DNA of 64,000 nt, from NCBI RefSeq assembly GCF_009914755.1, contig NC_060925.1. One strand, written 5' to 3'. The stretch comes from the human T2T-CHM13v2.0 reference genome, Homo sapiens. The position numbers and the translations under genes were made by a program. Positions 57,455-64,000 of the stretch are shown one piece after another. The notes below the pieces were generated by a model. That model worked only from the letters and a program-made list of their open reading frames with translations, was not told the origin of the DNA and made no database searches. The first letter of the stretch is position 1. Every line of letters begins with the position of its first letter.

Positions 57455-57782
57455 GTTCTCTGTCCTTGGAAGTCTGCATGCATTTTCTCTATTGTTACCT
57501 TAATCTTATATTAATTTTTCCTTCTTTTTCTGTTGATATGCAACACACTTTCAATATTCACCGTAGATATCAGCCCATTCTGAAGTTTCCATTTACCTCC
57601 AATAGATTTTAATTTTTCCATTTGATTCAATTCCTCCTGAGATTTTTTAAAATATATCTGTCACAGAATTTATTTTTATCTTGATTCTGTAGCCTGTTCT
57701 TACCATATTTAATTTTGAAGTCAGAATACTGCTACAGTGTACAACAGACACTGAAGAAATATTTGATATTATTAAATAAAAA
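57455..57782 (+). mobile_element. L2 3' remnant
   Basis: Ends CTACAGTGTACAACAGACACTGAAGAAATATTTG..TAAATAAA, like the L2 3' end; very diverged. Confidence 0.4.
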
Positions 57783-58331
57783 AACCATTTGATTTTAAAG
57801 AAAAATGCTAAATTCCAAAGGCATGCTAAGGATTTGTGACTTAACTAGGAAAAGTAACAGAATTTATGGGTATTAGCCTAGTATTCATCTTTTTCTTCTA
57901 TACTGGGGAAGAAAAATGTGTTTGCTTTGCTCTTCATTCATCTTGGGTTTGAAAATTTAATATAAAAATTCTTCATTTTAAAAACTATTTAAAATTAAGA
58001 TTCCATATCCAGAGACAATATTGTATCAGACCCATAGGAATAAAGTAGGTTAGCAATACAATTAATAATTGATCAATAAAGAGAAAGCATGACTTATGCT
58101 CAAATCAGAGTATCTTATCTCCTTAATGGACAAAACATAATATAATTTGATCTGAATTTTTTCAAAATATACCTTGAAATATTTTTTCAAAATGTCCTTT
58201 ATTCCTTTCAAACCTGCTTTATTGCACTACCACTTAACATTTCCGGTCATAGCTGTTTGGACAAACCAAGATGATTTATCAAATTCAGTTAAGTCAGCTT
58301 CTCTCTCATAGTGAAAGAGAGATAGGTTAAT

Positions 58332-58752
58332 TATTTTAGGTCAGGTTCTACAGCAGCGAGGGCTGAGACAGAAATTCAGGTGTGCATAATTTGTAGAGAA
58401 TAATCCAAGGAATAAAAGAGTAAGGGAAGTAGAATAAAAACTAAACAAAATTATTATTTCAGTGGGAGTGCGTTCAGCTCCATTAAAATTTCATGGCAAA
58501 CTCTGGGGGAAAAAATACCCCTTTGGACAAGAGGGCTGTTCTGTTTATACCTCCATCAGTCAGTCATTGGTTGTAGGTTTCCCCTGAATGGTGAATTTCA
58601 CCTCCTGGGTGAGGAACCTACCATACAGTCAAGGAAAATTCTTCAGAAGAGAGAGCAGCTGTGAGCTGTTAGAGACTAACCCAAAGAAGTTAGACATGAG
58701 GGCAATGGGTGGCTAAAGGGGATCTAGACAAAATGTTGTCAGCATTCACTCT
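58332..58752 (-). mobile_element. Old ERVL-type solo LTR (LTR33/LTR16/LTR67-like)
   Basis: TTAGGTCAGGTTC..CTGAGACAGAAATTC..CAGTCAGTCATTGGTTG..GCAGCTGTGAGCTGTTAG..AAAGGGGATCT. Confidence 0.6.
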
Positions 58753-60190
58753 TTTGTCTGCCTTTTGAGTTCCAAAAAAAAAAAAAAAATGCATCCTTGG
58801 TAACATATCATTGTATACAGGAGAAAAATTCTCATAAATAATGTTATTTCAGCTCTATATTTATATTTTTTAAACTGTGCTTTTTAGTTCTGAGAAAAAA
58901 ATATTTGTCGTTGTTTGCCAATTTGTAAAAAGGTATCACAATAGCTTAAGCCTAAAGAAATGTTGAATTGCAAATCTTTTGGTGATGTTTTCACTTTTTA
59001 AAAGATGCTGCCTTTATATAGTTAGCTAGCTAGCTATTCTATTATATTTTGTATTTAATTTACTTATTATTTTATTCCTTTATAAAAATTATTTCTACAT
59101 TTTGTATATCTCTCAGTGGAAATAATTTGGTCCTCAGTCGTTACTGGTGAGTTCTGAAAGGATAGAAATTATTTTTTATAGTTTAGATATATAAAGGAAA
59201 ATATACATTTTCCAGCCAAATACTTGATGTCATCTACATCCTAACATGAATATCATTTTACAAGTTTTAGGTTTCTAATAGATTTACAATTAAACTTCAT
59301 TTAATAAATAGATTCAGCTAGCTTAATTTGTTGAGGTGGTTATCCTAGTATCAGGATGTCTGATTTTGATCCTGATGGTTTAGATTATTTGGATCAATAG
59401 TTTTGCTTAAAGCAAATGAAAATTTAGAATGAAACTTAAGTCATAAGTGCATTGAGGAACTTATAAAGTTAATAGAGTAAGAAGTAACTAGATAAAAACT
59501 GAATAAAAAGTGGAAGTCAGAAAGATGGAGAGTAGTGGAAATATTTGAATTGGAGAACTTTTTTAGTATTGCCTCAGATCTCCAAAGGAATAAAAATAAC
59601 TTATAAGTTCACATCTTTTTAAAAAATAAGAATTGAACCCTATTTTCTTGCTCTCTATAACCTTTTTACTGCTGCTTATAATGCAAGAGCAAGATTTATA
59701 ATTTATCAAAACAAGTGAACTAAAAACTATAGAACATAAATGAAAAAAATTAAAGAATACTTAAGAAAACGGAAAGACATTTTGTCTACATGAGTTGGAA
59801 GACTTAATAATGTCCATAAGGCAATAATTCCAAAATTTATCTATAGATTCAACACAACCCCTATGATAAATCCCAGTTGATATTTTCTGAAATTTGCAAT
59901 ATGAACCTAAAATTTATAAACATATTCAAGGAACTCACAATAACCAAAACATCTTGAAAAAAATATATCATAGTTTGAGGATTCACACTCCCAATTTCAA
60001 AATTTACTATAAACCTACACTAACGAAACAGTATGGCACTGGTATAAGTACTGACAGGTAGAGAAGATTAAAAAATAAGACTCAATTATATGTTGCTTCC
60101 AAGAAATTGACTTTAAATATAAAGACACATGTAAATTAAATGTATATGGGTGAGTAAGATATACCATACTAACACATCAAAAAAAGTAAG

Positions 60191-60707
60191 TGTGATGGTT
60201 AATATTAAGTGTCAACTTGATTGGATTGAAGGATGCGAAGTATTGACCCTCGGTGTGTCTGTGAGGGTGTTGCCCAAGGAGATTAACATTTGGATCAGTG
60301 CACTGGGAGAGGCAGATCCACCCTCAATCTGGGTGAACACCACCTAATCAGCTGCCAGTGTGGCTAGAATAAAACAGGCAGAAGAAAGTGGAATGAGATT
60401 TGACTTGCCAGTCATCATCTTTCTCCCGTGCTAGATGCTTCCTGCCCTCGAACATTAGACTCCAAGTTGTTCAGCTTTTGGACTCTTGGACTTACACCAG
60501 TGATTTTCCAGGGGCTCTCAGGCTGATTGCCTTCCCTACTTTTGAGGTTTTGGGACTCAGACTGGCTTCCTTGCTCCTCAGCTTGCAGTCAGCCTATTGT
60601 GGGACTTCACTTTGTGATCATGTGAGTCAATTCTTCTTAAAAAACTCCCCTTCATATATACATTTATCCTATTAGTTACATCCCTCTAGAGAACCCTGAC
60701 TACTACA
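60191..60707 (+). mobile_element. MLT2A2-like (HERV-L) solo LTR
   Basis: TGTGATGGTTAATATTAAGTGTCAACTTGATTGG...GAGAACCCTGACTACTACA, 517 bp, perfect TSD GTAAG (60186-60190 and 60708-60712). Confidence 0.93.
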
Positions 60708-62553
60708 GTAAGAATTGCTATTTATTTCAGACAGAGAAGACTTTGGGTCAAGAAAGTTATCAAGGATAAACAGGAGGCATTACATAATAAGAAAGGGGTA
60801 AAATTGTTTAGGAACACATAATATTTCTTAGTGTGTATGTACCTCACAACAAAATGTCAAAATACATTAAGCAAAAGAACTGACAGACTTACAAGGAGAA
60901 ATAGAGGAATCCACTGTTATAATTGAAGATTTCAGCACTTCTTTTTAGAAATATATAGATACAGCAGGTAGAAAATCAGTTAGGAAATATTTATACATAA
61001 AAAATTCATCAATCAGCTCTGAAGATAATGAACATCCATAAACAATTTTTACCCAACAACAGTAGAATACACATTTTTTTTCAAACTTAAATGGGAAATT
61101 TGATAAGATAGATCACTATCTGGGCCATAAAACACATCTTAACAAATTTAAAAGAATAGAAATTACATAATGTCTGCTCTCCGAAGACAACAGAATTAAA
61201 CTAGAAATAAATAATAGAAAGAGAGCCAAAAATGTTCAAAATATATGGAGAGTACCCACCATCTTTTTAAATAATACATGGGTCAAATAGGAAATATCAA
61301 GATAAATTAAAAGATATTTAACTATATAAAAATAAAATACAACTTATCACATTTTGTGGGGATGTAGTGAAGTGCTTAGAAGAAAATTTATAGCATTGAA
61401 TACATACGTCAACAAAGTAAAAAAGAGGAATAAATTAAATCGAAAGTGATAAAACAAAAATAAATAATAAAAGAGCTGAAATCAATAAAATTGGAAACAG
61501 CAAATCAATATAAAAAATAAACAAAACTAAAAGATTGTTCTTTGAAGAAATCAATACATTTGATAAAACTCTAGTCAGGTTAAAACAAAAAGAGATAGGA
61601 CACAAATTACTAATATGTATGTATTCTGTATATGTCTCTTCTGGTCAATGCTTTTCAACATCAGCATAATGTCAGAAGACAAGGAAAGGTAATAAAATGT
61701 TTACAGATTAGGAAGGAAGAAAAAAAAAAGAGTTGTGTCTGTTTGCAGATGACATGGTTGCCTATGTAGAAATTCTAATGAAATCAACAAGAAAAACCCC
61801 TCCTGGAACTAATAAGTGATTATAGTGATTGCAAAATACAAAGGTAATATAAAAAGTCTAATGTTTTTCTATATATCAGCAATGAACTAGTGAAATTTTG
61901 AATTAAAAACACAATACTATTTACATTAACATACAATAAATGAAACACTTAGCTACATATAATTTCTAAAAAATATGTACAACAGCAATATGAGAAAAAC
62001 TATAAAATTCTGATGAAAGAAATCAAATAAGAACTAAATAATAAATCAATAACTAGTTTACGTTTATGGCTAGGAAAACTAAATATTATCAAGACGTCAG
62101 TTCTTTTCAACTTGATCTGTATATTCAATGCAATCTCAATAAAAATCCAAGAACATTTCCTGTGAATATCAAAAAACTGATTCTAAAGTTTATGTAGAAA
62201 ACCCAGACACCCAGAATAACTGACAAGATATTAAATGAGAAGAACAAAGTTTTAGGACTGACACAATATTATTTCAAGACTTACTGTGAAACTATACTAA
62301 TGGTATTGGCAAAGAATGGGCAAATCAATCAATGGAACAGAACCAAGAGCCCAAAATAGAGCAACATAAATATAGTTAACTTATCTTTGACAAAGGAGTA
62401 AAGGAAATACAATGGAGCAACCGTAACATTTTTGACAAATGGTGTTATAACAAATAGATATCCACATGAGAAAAAGGAAATAAATGAGTAAAAAGAAATA
62501 TAGGCTTAGGCCTTGTAAGCTTTACAAACTATTAAGTTTGGATATTTGTAGTG

Positions 62554-62823
62554 CTTTTTTTTTTTTTTGACACGGAGTGCAGTAGCGCAATCTTGGCTCA
62601 CTGCAACCTCCGCCTCCCAGGTTAAAGTGATTCTCCTGCCTCAGCCTCCTGAGTAGCTGGGATTACAAGCATGCATCACCAGGCCCAGCTACTTTTTGTT
62701 ATTTTTAGTAGAGACAGGGTTTCTCCATGTTGGTAAGGCTGGTCTCGAACTCCTGACCTCATGATCCACCCGCCTCGGCCTCCCAAAGTGCTGGGATTAC
62801 AGGCGTGAGCACCGCGCCCAGCC
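62554..62823 (-). mobile_element. AluS with internal deletion in the right arm
   Basis: Poly-T then GACACGGAGTGCAGT, missing the ~25-nt segment between two GGAGT copies; the rest is a normal antisense dimer. Confidence 0.93.
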
Positions 62824-63005
62824 AGCAGCTTTATTCTTAATTGCCACAACTTGAAAGCAACCAAGATACCCCTCAGTAGATGAATGAAAAAATAAATTGT
62901 GGTACATTCAGCAAATAGAATATTACTTAGTACTAAAAGGCACTGCACTATCATGTCATAAAAACACAAAGAGTTTAAGGGTATATTTAGTGAAAGAAGT
63001 CAATC

Positions 63006-64000
63006 TTTTGAGAAGTGTCTGTTCATATCCTTTGCCCACTTTTTGATAGGTTGTTTGTTCTTTTCTTGTAAATATGTTTAATTTCCTTGTAAATTCTAGA
63101 TGTTAGACCTTTGTCAGATGTGTAGATTGCAAAAAACTTTCTCCCATACTGTAGGTTGTCTGTTCACTCTGATGGTAGTCTCTTTTGCTGTGCAGAAGCT
63201 CTTTAGTTTAATTAGATCCCATTTGTCAATTTTGACTTTTGTTGCAATTACTTTTGGTGTTTTTGTCATGAAGTCTTTGCCCGTGCATATGTCCTGAATG
63301 GTATTTCCTAGGTTTTCTTCTAGGGTTTTTATGGTTTTGGATTTTACATTTAAGTCTTTAATCCATCTTGAGTTAATTTTTATATAAGGTGTAAGGAAGG
63401 GGTCTAGTTTCACTTTTCTGCATATGGCTAGCCAGTTTTCCCAGCACCATTTACTGAATAGGAAATCCTTTCCCCATTGCTTATTTTTAATCAGGTTTGT
63501 TGAAGATTAGATGGTTGTAGATGTGTGGTGTTATTTCTGAGGTCGCTGTTCTGCTCCATTGGTCTATATCTCTGTTTTGGTACCAGTACCACAGTGTTTT
63601 GGTTACTGTAGTCTTGTAGTATAGTTTCAAGTCAGGTAGCATGATGCCTACAGCTTTGCACAGCCAACAAACATGAAAAAAAGTTCAACATCACTGATCA
63701 TCAGAGAAATGTATATCAAAATCACAATGAGATACCATCTCATGCCAGTCAGAATGGAGATTATTAAAAAGTCAGGAAACGATATATGCTGGTGAGGCTG
63801 TGGAGAAATAGGAACACTTTTACACTGTTGGTGAGAATATAAATTAGTTCAACCATTGTGGAAGACAGTATGGTGATTTTTCAAGGATCTAGAACCAGAA
63901 ATACCAGCAATCCCATTACTGGGCATATACCCAAAGGAATATAAATTATTCTACTATAAAGACACATGCACACCTATATTTATTGCAGCGCTATCTACAA
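63006..64000 (+). mobile_element. Older L1PA (about L1PA8-10) with 5' inversion: 63006-63658 antisense, 63659-64000 sense; runs off the window
   Basis: Minus ORF 63114-63413 ([23 protein letters not shown]), then sense CAGCCAACAAACATGAAAAA..CACTGTTGGTGAG. Confidence 0.9.

Larger units (their letters stand above)
59700..63005 (+). mobile_element. Old L1M (L1MC-like) ORF2 and 3' fragments, interrupted by MLT2A2 and Alu
   Basis: EN motifs (GAAGATTTCAGCAC, GTAGAATACACATT), RT TTTGCAGATGAC (FADD) at ~61742, 3' CAGCTTTATTC..AAGCAACCAAGAT. 59700-60050 is a separate downstream-ORF2 piece. Confidence 0.8.

Overview
Primate (most likely human) AT-rich genomic DNA made mostly of transposable-element fossils. 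I can support no host protein-coding gene, RNA gene or CpG island. Every long ORF in the track derives from L1, HERV-H or Tigger1. The main feature is an 8.5-kb HERV-H provirus (14549-23065) with LTR7C-type LTRs, an AGTAG target-site duplication (TSD), a tRNA-His primer-binding site, and decayed but near-complete gag, pro, pol and env. It lies inside a ~24-kb nest of L1 elements (5.9-30.1 kb). The rest holds a MLT1C>Tigger1>THE1D/AluS nest, solo LTRs (MER4A, MST, LTR12, MLT2A2), a truncated THE1, Alus, MIR/L2 remnants and old L1M/HAL1 copies. The most unusual structures are an L1PA4 with a ~3.9-kb inversion-deletion and a TSD-less L1PA2 that appears to sit in a multi-kb deletion. I found no evidence for a new biological system. 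The findings are locus-level oddities and regulatory hypotheses. Subfamily names come from my recall of consensus sequences, not from a database search, and boundaries of old elements are approximate.
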